52,486 nucleotides of DNA, taken from the NCBI GenBank assembly GCA_026195275.1, contig JAPHQU010000008.1, forward strand, positions 1-52,486, written 5' to 3'. Source of the stretch: Minisyncoccota bacterium. Its GTDB lineage: Bacteria > Patescibacteriota > Minisyncoccia > Phycocordibacterales > JABMNX01. This document shows, in pieces, positions 42,703 through 50,619 of the stretch. The position numbers and the translations under genes were made by a program. A model generated the notes under the pieces. It was not told the DNA's origin, searched no databases, and saw only the letters and a list, made by a program, of their open reading frames with translations. How positions within the stretch are numbered: the stretch's first letter is position 1; each line of letters begins with the position of its first letter.

Positions 42703-44211
42703 TTATCGAAAACTGCGCGGACGATATTGGAGCGCTTCTAAGATGTGGGTATCTTTGACATCTTCGCTTTCATCGATGTCGGCGATGGTGCGGGCGAGCT
42801 TGACGACGCGATGATATGCGCGCGGCGAGAGGTCGAGTTTGCCGGCGGCGGTATTAAGCAGATTGCGTACATTCTCTTCAAGTGGGACATGCGTGCCGAG
42901 GTCGCGCACCGTCATCTCATTGTTGGTCTTCTCTTCCCCCAAGAATCGCTCGCGTTGAATACTTCGCGCGCACGCAACTTTCTCTCGAAGCGTACCCGAT
43001 TCGCGTGCTCGCTCCTCATTGTCTCCGAGCATCTTGTGGTCGATGTGCCCAACCTCGATCCACATGTCGACACGATCGACGATTGGTCCCGAGATCTTCT
43101 TCTCGAACCGTGCTTGCTCAATACCGTCGCGCTCAGGCGGGTTCATTGCGGCAACAAGGATAAAGTTCGCCGGGAAACGCGCGGAACCCTTGGCGCGAGT
43201 CACGGTGATGGTGCGCTCTTCAAGTGGCTGGCGAAGCGCATCGATGGTGCGCCGTTCGAACTCAGGAAATTCATCGAGGAAGAGTACTCCGCGGTGTGCG
43301 AGGGTAATCTCACCCGGCTTCGGGGTGGTACCGCCGCCGACAAGTGAAACATATGACGCAGTATGGTGTGGTGAGCGGAATGGCGGTGTGGTGAGGAGTG
43401 TCTCGTCGAGTGTCCCGGCAATCGAGTGAATTGAGGTGACTTCAAGTATTTCATCAAACGAAAGCCGAGGCAGAATGTCTGCAAACGCTCTGGCGAGCAT
43501 GGTTTTTCCTGTGCCTGGTGGACCGTAGAGCACAATGTTGTGCCTACCGGCAGCCGCAATGAGCAGGCCGCGCTTTGCAGACTCTTGTCCACGAATGTCG
43601 CCGAAGTCGATCACCCCTTCGTGCGAGCTCTCAGGGATCTTGGTTTCCGGTTGTTTCTTTAGTCGCGGCAACTCAGACGCCTCTTCTTCCGCTTCAGCAA
43701 TAAGGTGGTTGATGATCTCGCTGAGTGTACGCGCACCAAAGACCGCGATTCCTTCGATGAGCGCGGCTTCTTCCGCGTTTCCCGCTGGGAGAAAAACTTC
43801 CTTAAAGCCCATTTGCCGCGCTTTGCGCACTAAAGGGAGTGTGCCGTTGATCTCGCGGAGCTCGCCATCAAGCGAGAGTTCACCCAAGAAGAGCTTCCCT
43901 GTCGGGTCAAATGAGATATCCTCGTTTGCGAGGAGGTATGCGAGTGCAATACCCAAATCAAACGCCGGCCCCTCTTTCTTGAGGTCGGCCGGCGCGAGTG
44001 AGATGATAACTTTTTGGTTTTTGTTTTTGGGTGAGGTGAACCCTGAGTTTTTGATTGCGGCTGAGACGCGATCGCGCGATTCCTCAACTGCCTTTCCGGG
44101 GAGTCCGACAATCGAGAATGCATGGAGTCCGTTTGAGAGGTCTACCTCAACATCGATGATGTGAGCTTCGAGGAGCGAGGTTTGTGCACTGTAGACCTTG
44201 GCGAAACTCAT
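42703..44211 (-). CDS. comM: YifB/ComM-family Mg-chelatase-like AAA+ ATPase
   Basis: 502 aa. N-terminal Lon-protease-like domain, Walker A GPPGTGKTMLA and Walker B GVLFLDEFPEF. Confidence 0.9.
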   Translation of the reverse strand: MSFAKVYSAQTSLLEAHIIDVEVDLSNGLHAFSIVGLPGKAVEESRDRVSAAIKNSGFTSPKNKNQKVIISLAPADLKKEGPAFDLGIALAYLLANEDISFDPTGKLFLGELSLDGELREINGTLPLVRKARQMGFKEVFLPAGNAEEAALIEGIAVFGARTLSEIINHLIAEAEEEASELPRLKKQPETKIPESSHEGVIDFGDIRGQESAKRGLLIAAAGRHNIVLYGPPGTGKTMLARAFADILPRLSFDEILEVTSIHSIAGTLDETLLTTPPFRSPHHTASYVSLVGGGTTPKPGEITLAHRGVLFLDEFPEFERRTIDALRQPLEERTITVTRAKGSARFPANFILVAAMNPPERDGIEQARFEKKISGPIVDRVDMWIEVGHIDHKMLGDNEERARESGTLREKVACARSIQRERFLGEEKTNNEMTVRDLGTHVPLEENVRNLLNTAAGKLDLSPRAYHRVVKLARTIADIDESEDVKDTHILEALQYRPRSFR

Positions 44212-44223
44212 AGAGAGTGAGAG

Positions 44224-44580
44224 CTACTCGTTCATATGTGCGCTACAGGTTGATGCGGCCGGGTTTGCAAGAAGTCGCTCTTCGCTAATTGTTTCACCAC
44301 ACACCGAGCAGGTGCCGTACGTCGCTGTGTTGATGCGCTCGAGAGCATCTTTCACCTCTCGATAACGCAACTCAAGATCTTTAAGTGTTGCGATATTGGT
44401 CTCGTACTCTTCGACTGCGTCTGCACGCTCATTTTGATCAGCTGCATCGACATCGAGTCCCGCACCTTTCGCCTCCCAGTCTCCGGGAGTTTCTTCACTT
44501 GGCTGCGCAATACTCTGAAGTTGCGCTTCGAGTGTCTGTTTCTCGGTTTCTAATTTTTCTTTATAGTGTTCTGTATTCAT
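44224..44580 (-). CDS. TraR/DksA-family C4 zinc-finger protein
   Basis: 118 aa. Coiled-coil N-terminal half and the C-terminal motif CSVCGETISEERLLANPAASTCSAH. Confidence 0.8.
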   Translation of the reverse strand: MNTEHYKEKLETEKQTLEAQLQSIAQPSEETPGDWEAKGAGLDVDAADQNERADAVEEYETNIATLKDLELRYREVKDALERINTATYGTCSVCGETISEERLLANPAASTCSAHMNE

Positions 44581-44665
44581 ACGCGGTATTTGTTAATACA
44601 CAAATAATAGCATAAAAGGGCAATCGGTCAGTAGCCACCAGTCATCGGCGCGTTAAATCAGTCCA

Positions 44666-45679
44666 TTAAAACACACGAACGTTTCTGAGGCGGGTAATGA
44701 CCTCGATGAGTGTATTTTCGTTTGTCGTGATGATGAGCGTGCGCTGGTCAGGGAATGCGTAGAGAAGTTGAGTTATCTCTGTGTCTGAGCGGAGTACACG
44801 TGCATCAATATTTTGTATAATCACATCCTCGAAACTCTTTTTGTATACAATCTCTTCTTTGGTCTGGGGGTCGATCGCGCGTTTGCTTGCATTGTCGACG
44901 TTTCGCAGAACAAGCGGCGAGAGTTCTCGTATCATCGATGGCTCCCAATCGAGCATGCCGGAAAAAGCGTGCTGGTAGGAGTCTGTGGTAAAGATAAGGA
45001 ATGTTTGGTTGCGGTCAAACGAATGTATACCAAGCATAAAATCAGGATCAAGGGACCTGAGAAACGCACTACTTACGCGCGCATCGATCGCGCGGAGGAA
45101 ATCTTGTGCGGTGAGAAGAGTCAACTCCCCGGTAGTGGCGTCTGTCGTGGTGAGGTAGAGGTGCGCAATCTGTCCAAGGGAGAGTTGTGTAGATTGTCTT
45201 TTCTCTTCAAGGCGCCCGAGAATACTTCGTGCACTCAGGTCAGTGATATCAACACGCGTCTGCTTCTCGGCAAAAATCAAAGATGAAACCGCTTCTTCTA
45301 TGGTCGGGCGCTCAGGTTCGTAGAAAAAGAGCCCGTAACTAACCGCGGCAATACCAATGGCAACAAACACAATGCCGCCGAGCACCATTGCAATCTTTTG
45401 TACGGGGGACTCTGTTTGTTCAGCAGAATCTTGCGAGGTCATTCGTGCGCGCCATCGCGCCTCGGCAGCCGCAATGCTGGTGAGCGATGCTTTCTGTCCT
45501 TTGACCGCTTCTGCGACATCTTCTTTAAAGGTTCGAACACGCGGAAGCCCGCCCTCATTCACTTGAGTGCGTGCCGGCTCACTTTTGGGCGATCTTGTCG
45601 GCTGGTCCGAAGTAGGTGAGTTTATTTGTGGTGGTGTGTCTGGTGCAGGCTTGTTCTCTTTGGGGTCCATAGAATACAT
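44666..45679 (-). CDS. membrane-anchored hypothetical protein
   Basis: ATG at 45679 with GGAG 10 nt upstream. Pro/Ser-rich N-terminus, a single TM segment IAMVLGGIVFVAIGIAAVSYGLFF and a 220-aa C-terminal domain. Confidence 0.6.
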   Translation of the reverse strand: MYSMDPKENKPAPDTPPQINSPTSDQPTRSPKSEPARTQVNEGGLPRVRTFKEDVAEAVKGQKASLTSIAAAEARWRARMTSQDSAEQTESPVQKIAMVLGGIVFVAIGIAAVSYGLFFYEPERPTIEEAVSSLIFAEKQTRVDITDLSARSILGRLEEKRQSTQLSLGQIAHLYLTTTDATTGELTLLTAQDFLRAIDARVSSAFLRSLDPDFMLGIHSFDRNQTFLIFTTDSYQHAFSGMLDWEPSMIRELSPLVLRNVDNASKRAIDPQTKEEIVYKKSFEDVIIQNIDARVLRSDTEITQLLYAFPDQRTLIITTNENTLIEVITRLRNVRVF

Positions 45680-45706
45680 AGCTAAGCGCTCCAATCTTCA
45701 TTCTGG

Positions 45707-46240
45707 TTACTCGCGAGTGAATTTCCAGTTGCGGTTTCCAATGAGATACTTCTTTGGATCGTCACACATGTCGATGAAGTCGTCGCATGCTTCACGGAGC
45801 CGTGAAGACGACGATTTTCCAAATGAGATAACCTCAACTTGGCATCCCTCTTTGTTCTTAAGGTACTCAACCATCGGGACAAAGTCTCCGTCGCCGGACG
45901 CGAGGATAACCGCATCGAGTTTTGACGCTGCTGCGATTGCGTCGATAGCGATTCCAACATCCCAATCAGCTTTCTTTGCACCGCCATAGAATACCTGGAG
46001 GTCTTTTGTCTTGATCTCGATCCCTAATTTTTCGAGTGCTTCAAAGAAGCTCGCCTCTTCCCCGCTTTCGGTAGTGACGACATATGCGCGTGCGCGGATG
46101 AGTTCTCGTCCGGCGACTGCGCTCTTGAGGATCGCGCCGAAGTTTACTTTTGCTTTGTAAAGATTCTTTGCACTGTGGTAGAGGTTTTGCGTGTCGATGA
46201 ATACACCAACTCGCTGACCCTTGTGTTTAATAACTGCCAT
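45707..46240 (-). CDS. NYN-domain (LabA/DUF88) protein
   Basis: 177 aa. VGVFIDTQNLYHSAK and ILASGDGDFVPMVEYLK are typical NYN/LabA motifs. Confidence 0.85.
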   Translation of the reverse strand: MAVIKHKGQRVGVFIDTQNLYHSAKNLYKAKVNFGAILKSAVAGRELIRARAYVVTTESGEEASFFEALEKLGIEIKTKDLQVFYGGAKKADWDVGIAIDAIAAASKLDAVILASGDGDFVPMVEYLKNKEGCQVEVISFGKSSSSRLREACDDFIDMCDDPKKYLIGNRNWKFTRE

Positions 46241-46361
46241 ATTGATAGAATTACTTATTGTATGTAAATGCGACCGTCGAAGTACTCGACTGCCTTTATT
46301 CTACTACAAAGGGGAGCTTACCGCTCCCCTTTTGTGTGTTTCTTGTGGTGAATTGGTGTGA

Positions 46362-46628
46362 TTACTTCTTCAGACCAAGTTTCTTGATAAGCGCGTTGTA
46401 TGAGCGCTTGTTGTTTAGTTCAAGATATTTAAGGTGTTTACGTCGGTCTGCAACCATTTGGAGAAGTCCACGGCGCGAATGCTTGTCTTTGGTGTTCTTC
46501 TTGAGGTGTGCCGCAAGCGCGTCAATTTTCTTCGAAAGAAGCGCGACTTGTACCTCGGCTGAGCCGGTGTCTGTCTCGTGTTTCTGCGCGGTCTTGATTG
46601 CGCGCGCCTTTTTCTGTTTTGTTAACAT
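46362..46628 (-). CDS. rpsO: 30S ribosomal protein S15
   Basis: 88 aa. TGSAEVQVALLSKKI..L..HLK.N.KD.HSRRGLL.MV..R...L.YL matches S15. Confidence 0.92.
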   Translation of the reverse strand: MLTKQKKARAIKTAQKHETDTGSAEVQVALLSKKIDALAAHLKKNTKDKHSRRGLLQMVADRRKHLKYLELNNKRSYNALIKKLGLKK

Positions 46629-46687
46629 GGGGAAAGCATAGCATAAATACAGGCCCGCCGCAAGATGCGCCTCGTCGTGTCAAAAAA

Positions 46688-46722
46688 GAGACCGCATCAC
46701 AGGGTATTGGTTGATGCGGTCT
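46688..46722 (-). terminator. hairpin terminator downstream of the 30-aa ORF
   Basis: 11-bp stem agaccgcatca / tgatgcggtct followed on the minus strand by CTTTTTTG. Confidence 0.65.
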
Positions 46723-46740
46723 ATTTTATTGGCTCTGAGC

Positions 46741-46833
46741 TCAGTCTTCGTCGCTCTCCTTGGGTAGTAATGTTTGTTGCAGGCGCCTGCGTGCCGCCAT
46801 AACCTGTTGCGCAATAATCCTGCGTGCCACCAT
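46741..46833 (-). CDS. 30-aa basic small protein (MVARRIIAQQVMAARRRLQQTLLPKESDED)
   Basis: The ATG is preceded by TGGGAGGAGTATC, a strong Shine-Dalgarno sequence with a 5-nt spacer. A terminator lies 18 nt after the stop. Below the ORF track size cutoff. Confidence 0.45.
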   Translation of the reverse strand: MVARRIIAQQVMAARRRLQQTLLPKESDED

Positions 46834-46919
46834 GATACTCCTCCCAGCCAACTTATATCTAAATATATGTATACCATACAAGGAGAGCGCTCGTCAGCAC
46901 TGTTTATGGGGGAAAGTAT

Positions 46920-46979
46920 GGTGCGACCAATTTTCCTTACGACCGGAGGGAGTTAGAAAAATGGAAGTACCCTCTGTGG
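46920..46979 (+). repeat. left copy of a roughly 60-nt imperfect direct repeat
   Basis: The core TTACGACCGGAGGGAGTTAGAAAAAT (46937-46962) differs from 52188-52212 by one substitution and one indel. The flanks GGTGCGACC... and ...CCCTCTGTGG are also similar. Confidence 0.8.
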
Positions 46980-46991
46980 CACGACACCTGA

Positions 46992-47000
46992 TGGTATACT
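46992..47000 (+). promoter_or_regulatory. extended -10 box TGGTATACT upstream of the xerC/D-like gene
   Basis: 21 nt upstream of the ATG at 47022. Confidence 0.35.
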
Positions 47001-47021
47001 GATAGAAAACACCTATAGACA

Positions 47022-47933
47022 ATGAATAGAGATCTTAAGGCACGCAAACAAGAGTTTCTCGAATACATCGAGATCGAGCGCGGTCGCGCACTGAAGACGG
47101 TCGAGAATTATGACCGGTACCTCCGTCGTTTCTTTGAGTTCGCTAAAGTAAAGACGGCGCAGGATATAACAGAGGATAAGATTCGGCGCTACCGACTCGA
47201 ATTGAATCGCGCTGGGCTCAATCGCCGAACACAAAACTACTACCTCATCGCACTGCGGCAGTTTCTTAAATACTTGGTAAAGCGCGGCGAAGAAGTATTG
47301 CCGCCTGATACCATTGAGCTTGCGAAAGAAACAGGGCGCGATCTCAATCTTATCTCCTCGGTCGAGCTAGAGCGGCTTCTTAAGGCTCCCAAAGGCTCAG
47401 ATCTCAAGGCGCTCCGCGACAAAGCCATGCTCGAACTTCTCTTCTCGACCGGACTTCGCGTCTCGGAGCTCTGCAACCTTTCGCGTTACCTCGATTGGAC
47501 TCGTGACGAGATCTCGGTCAGAGGCAAGGGTGGCAAGGTGCGACCAGTCTTCATCTCGCCGGATGCAAAGGTGGCAGTGGAGAAATATCTGAAGGAGCGT
47601 ACCGACACTGACGAAGCCCTTTTCATCTACCTTGGGAGAGGTGCGTCACGTGCTGAGGCTCACTCCGGCTCACTCCAGCTCTCAACGCGGAGTGTTGAGC
47701 GTATTGTGAAGCATTATGCTGTTAAAGCAGGTATCGACAAACGTGTGACACCGCATACACTCCGGCATTCATTTGCAACCGATCTTCTCCAGAACGGTGC
47801 CGACCTTCGCTCGGTTCAGGCGCTCCTTGGTCACGCGAATATCGCGACAACACAGGTGTACACACACGTGACAGATGTGCATTTGCACAACATTCACAAG
47901 AAATTTCACGGGAAGAAACGGAGTAATGAATAA
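47022..47933 (+). CDS. xerC: tyrosine recombinase, XerC/XerD-like
   Basis: 303 aa. N-terminal SAM-like core-binding domain. Catalytic residues lie in LFSTGLRVSELCNL and HTLRHSFATDLLQNGADLRSVQALLGHANIATTQVYTHV. Confidence 0.85.
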   Translation: MNRDLKARKQEFLEYIEIERGRALKTVENYDRYLRRFFEFAKVKTAQDITEDKIRRYRLELNRAGLNRRTQNYYLIALRQFLKYLVKRGEEVLPPDTIELAKETGRDLNLISSVELERLLKAPKGSDLKALRDKAMLELLFSTGLRVSELCNLSRYLDWTRDEISVRGKGGKVRPVFISPDAKVAVEKYLKERTDTDEALFIYLGRGASRAEAHSGSLQLSTRSVERIVKHYAVKAGIDKRVTPHTLRHSFATDLLQNGADLRSVQALLGHANIATTQVYTHVTDVHLHNIHKKFHGKKRSNE

Positions 47934-48010
47934 GTGATACCCGTCCCGCATCTCTGCTTCTGGTTGGCGGTGCGGTACCCAGAGTCTTCACGACAAATGA
48001 CGAAACAGAG

Positions 48011-48038
48011 AAAACGACCTGCGCTAACAGGTCGTTTT
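48011..48038. terminator. bidirectional terminator
   Basis: aaaacgacctg-cgctaa-caggtcgtttt lies between the convergent xerC-like gene and the 100-aa gene, overlapping the latter's stop. Confidence 0.65.
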
Positions 48039-48326
48039 GAGAGAAAGAGCATCCTTAAGCTGTGTTGCAAAGCGGTGCAAGTTCTCTGCCTCTGTGGTGG
48101 TGAGTGCCCCTGCTTGCGCACGCAAGACATGTTCTCTGAGGATCTCTGGTCCGCTCAGACATACACCGCCAAGCCAGCCGGAAAAGAGTGTCTGGTAAAG
48201 TTCGGGTTCTCTTGCGAGTGCGGCAACTGCACGCCTATCGCCAATATCGCGCAGTCGCACGAGTGCTGAGGCGAGATTGGGAGCAGTACTGAGAGCGGGT
48301 AAGGTTGGTATTTCTGTCGTGTTCAT
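48024..48326 (-). CDS. hypothetical protein (Ala/Leu-rich, higher G+C than neighbours)
   Basis: ATG at 48326 preceded by AAAGGGGAGACTTCC. 100 aa, no family recognised. Confidence 0.5.
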   Translation of the reverse strand: MNTTEIPTLPALSTAPNLASALVRLRDIGDRRAVAALAREPELYQTLFSGWLGGVCLSGPEILREHVLRAQAGALTTTEAENLHRFATQLKDALSLKTTC

Positions 48327-48413
48327 GGAAGTCTCCCCTTTCTGGTGCTTTCTAAGAAGTAAAACTAGCACATTTTTTGTTTAGTTACTTTTGGTACTAT
48401 CACCATTCGCCGA

Positions 48414-48419
48414 TATAAT
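48414..48419 (+). promoter_or_regulatory. perfect -10 hexamer TATAAT, 8 nt before the xth ATG
   Basis: cgaTATAATcactttatATG with no Shine-Dalgarno sequence. Confidence 0.4.
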
Positions 48420-48427
48420 CACTTTAT

Positions 48428-49228
48428 ATGAAACTCATGTCATGGAATGTGAACGGCATCCGTGCGGTGGACCGTAAGGGCGTATTCGTGCCGTTCATTA
48501 AGAAGCATCAGCCGGATATTCTCTGCCTTCAGGAGACCAAAGCACAGCAAGAACAGTCCCCTATCGATCTTCCCGATTATATCGAGTACTGGAACAGTGC
48601 CGAGAAAAAAGGCTACTCCGGTACCGCTATTTTTACGAAAGAAAAGCCGATCGCGGTTATGAATGACCTTCCCGAGCATATTGCGAAGAAATACAAGGTG
48701 GGAGACGATGGCTACGGCAATCCAAACACCGAAGGACGCATCATTGCAGCCGAGTTTAAGAAGTTCTTCGTGGTAACGGTCTATACCCCGAATTCAAAAG
48801 GTGACCTCTCTCGCCTCTCGCTCCGCTATAAGCAGTGGGATCCCGCCTTTCTCGAATACTGCAAAGAGTTGGAGGAGAAAAAACCAGTCATCTTCTGCGG
48901 CGACCTTAATGTGGCGCACAAAGAGCAGGATCTCGCACACCCAAAGCCAAATGAAGGCAAGCATGGTTTCACCAGAGAAGAGCGTGAGGGCGTGGATAAC
49001 ATGATAAACGCCGGGTTTATCGATACATTCCGTCACCTCACCCCCGAGGGCAATGGCTACTACACGTGGTGGAGCCACTGGCATAAGGCACGCGAGCGTA
49101 ACGTTGGCTGGCGTATCGACTACATTTTTGCAAGCAGAAAGTTTGAAAAGAAGCTTACAAGTGCTGAAATCCACCCTGAGGTCATGGGCTCAGACCACTG
49201 CCCGGTTGAGGTTGAGTTTGAGATGTAG
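48428..49228 (+). CDS. xth: exodeoxyribonuclease III
   Basis: 266 aa. MSWNVNGIRA, LCLQETK, GDLNVAH and SDHCPV. Confidence 0.92.
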   Translation: MKLMSWNVNGIRAVDRKGVFVPFIKKHQPDILCLQETKAQQEQSPIDLPDYIEYWNSAEKKGYSGTAIFTKEKPIAVMNDLPEHIAKKYKVGDDGYGNPNTEGRIIAAEFKKFFVVTVYTPNSKGDLSRLSLRYKQWDPAFLEYCKELEEKKPVIFCGDLNVAHKEQDLAHPKPNEGKHGFTREEREGVDNMINAGFIDTFRHLTPEGNGYYTWWSHWHKARERNVGWRIDYIFASRKFEKKLTSAEIHPEVMGSDHCPVEVEFEM

Positions 49229-49289
49229 TTTGACAGACGCTTCTCTAGGGTCTAGTCTTGCCCCAGAGATAACAAGGGAGGATTTTGAC

Positions 49290-49736
49290 ATGTCTGAAGA
49301 AAACCCTTCAGTCTTGCACCCGATTCAAGACGTGTGCATGCGCAGTCTCCTTGCGCTGACTTTCATTAGCATACCTGAAGCTCTGCCTCGGTATGCCGAT
49401 GTTGACCTGAGCCTGCTCAAACACCATGAGCTGCAGGAGTTCGCTGCTCGCGTTGTCTCGGACGATAATCTCTGGCAAGGTATGCCGAGTATCATATCCG
49501 TTCCGGAAGAACATTTCAGCGAGCTCCTGAGTGAGCTTGAGAAAGTGGGCTGCGAGATCAAGGGAGTGTCCGTTCGGTATACATCGTATACAAAAGAGGC
49601 ACTTCGTGAAGAACTTGAGCGGCTTACCAACCGCTTTGAAGAAACTGTTCAGGTGCTGAGTTCACAGGCGGAGCTTCTCGAAGACCCGCCAGGCGGAGCC
49701 GGTCTTGGTTTCTTGAGCCCGGGAACCCTTTGGTAG
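49290..49736 (+). CDS. hypothetical protein
   Basis: The ATG is preceded by AAGGGAGGATTTTGAC. 148 aa. The upstream part of the track ORF overlaps xth and was rejected. Confidence 0.55.
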   Translation: MSEENPSVLHPIQDVCMRSLLALTFISIPEALPRYADVDLSLLKHHELQEFAARVVSDDNLWQGMPSIISVPEEHFSELLSELEKVGCEIKGVSVRYTSYTKEALREELERLTNRFEETVQVLSSQAELLEDPPGGAGLGFLSPGTLW

Positions 49737-49751
49737 TTCCCTTTAACAACT

Positions 49752-49777
49752 AATCCCTGCCCGAAACGGCAGGGATT
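49752..49777 (+). terminator. intrinsic terminator
   Basis: aatccctgcc-cgaaac-ggcagggatt followed by TCTTTGT. Confidence 0.7.
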
Positions 49778-49793
49778 TCTTTGTAAAGGACAT

Positions 49794-49802
49794 TTATCCA
49801 CA
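49794..49802 (+). promoter_or_regulatory. perfect consensus DnaA box TTATCCACA in the loop of a 10-bp inverted repeat
   Basis: aaaggacatt (49785-49794) and aatgtccttt (49805-49814) flank the box. A second box GTATCCACA lies at 49922-49930. Confidence 0.4.
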
Positions 49803-50095
49803 TGAATGTCCTTTACATGTCCTTTAGAGAGAGTATTCTTAAAGACAGAAGATCTTTTTAGTTCCTTGAGAAGAGATCTCTTGCAAGTTTATTTGGTCAC
49901 AAGTGTTTCATGGTTGTACGTGTATCCACAACCAAGCATCAAACAATTTGTGATTTTGAGGTACTTACGTACCACGAAACATCTTGCCGCTGAGTGAATT
50001 TGCACATGTTTAAAGTCGCATATGCGCGCGTATCTGGGATTTGCCCAACTCCACCCCGGTTCGCAGCAATGCGGCTTTATTTTACCTAGGAGGAC

Positions 50096-50124
50096 TTGAC
50101 ATATTTATATTTTTCATTCATAAT
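50096..50124 (+). promoter_or_regulatory. candidate promoter TTGACA-17-CATAAT
   Basis: Consensus -35 hexamer and 17-nt spacer, 26 nt upstream of the NUDIX gene. Confidence 0.45.
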
Positions 50125-50150
50125 CTACGCTAGAAAGGGTAACATAGCAA

Positions 50151-50582
50151 ATGAAAGGAATCGCTATGGAAGCCGCAGTTACCATAGCTTTGCTCGACGC
50201 TGCTGGAGACGTTCTCCTTGTTAGGGACTTGGGACATACGGATCCTCAATGGAAGTTCCCCGGCGGACATGTAAAACCCGAGGAGACCCCTGCGGTCGCC
50301 GTGATACGGGAAACTAAAGAAGAATCCGGTGTTAGTGTATCAGAAAACCTCCTTCAGGTTCTTGATACTGAACTTCGACCCTCTCGGGAAGGCGGAACAC
50401 ATAAGCATATCTTCTTCGGCGCAACACTTCCCGGTACATTCAAAGAGCGCGGTCTTAAAGACTACGGCGCAAGTGGTGAAGAGACTCGTATTGTTTCACT
50501 TCACAAGCTTGATTCGCTGCTTGAGTTTGAACCACACCGCGCTCTATTGAAAAAACTGCACAATCAGGCCTTTTATGCCTAA
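50151..50582 (+). CDS. NUDIX hydrolase
   Basis: 143 aa. Nudix box GGHVKPEETPAVAVIRETKEESGV. Confidence 0.88.
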   Translation: MKGIAMEAAVTIALLDAAGDVLLVRDLGHTDPQWKFPGGHVKPEETPAVAVIRETKEESGVSVSENLLQVLDTELRPSREGGTHKHIFFGATLPGTFKERGLKDYGASGEETRIVSLHKLDSLLEFEPHRALLKKLHNQAFYA

Positions 50583-50606
50583 ACACCACCTCTCTGAGGT
50601 GGTGTT
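50582..50606. terminator. bidirectional terminator
   Basis: aacaccacctc-tct-gaggtggtgtt lies between the convergent NUDIX and cca genes. Confidence 0.7.
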
Positions 50607-50619
50607 TTTCTTTTGGTAA

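Noticed and set aside
46920-46945. GGTGCGACCAATTTTCCTTACGACC next to the xerC-like gene as a possible dif site, because it begins like E. coli dif (GGTGCGCATAA).
   Set aside because: The two arms are not inverted repeats of each other around a 6-8 nt spacer, so the dif architecture is not supported. The sequence is reported instead as part of the direct repeat.
47022-47933. Calling the tyrosine recombinase a phage/ICE integrase and the whole 46.9-52.2 kb segment a confirmed mobile element.
   Set aside because: The protein length and motif layout are those of XerC/XerD. The cargo includes housekeeping genes (xth, cca). It is kept only as a hypothesis tied to the direct repeat.
49806-49997. 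63-aa ORF in the 370-bp spacer upstream of the NUDIX gene.
   Set aside because: It has no ribosome-binding site or -10 box close to its start. It spans palindromes and DnaA boxes, its composition is non-coding-like, and the region is better explained as regulatory DNA.
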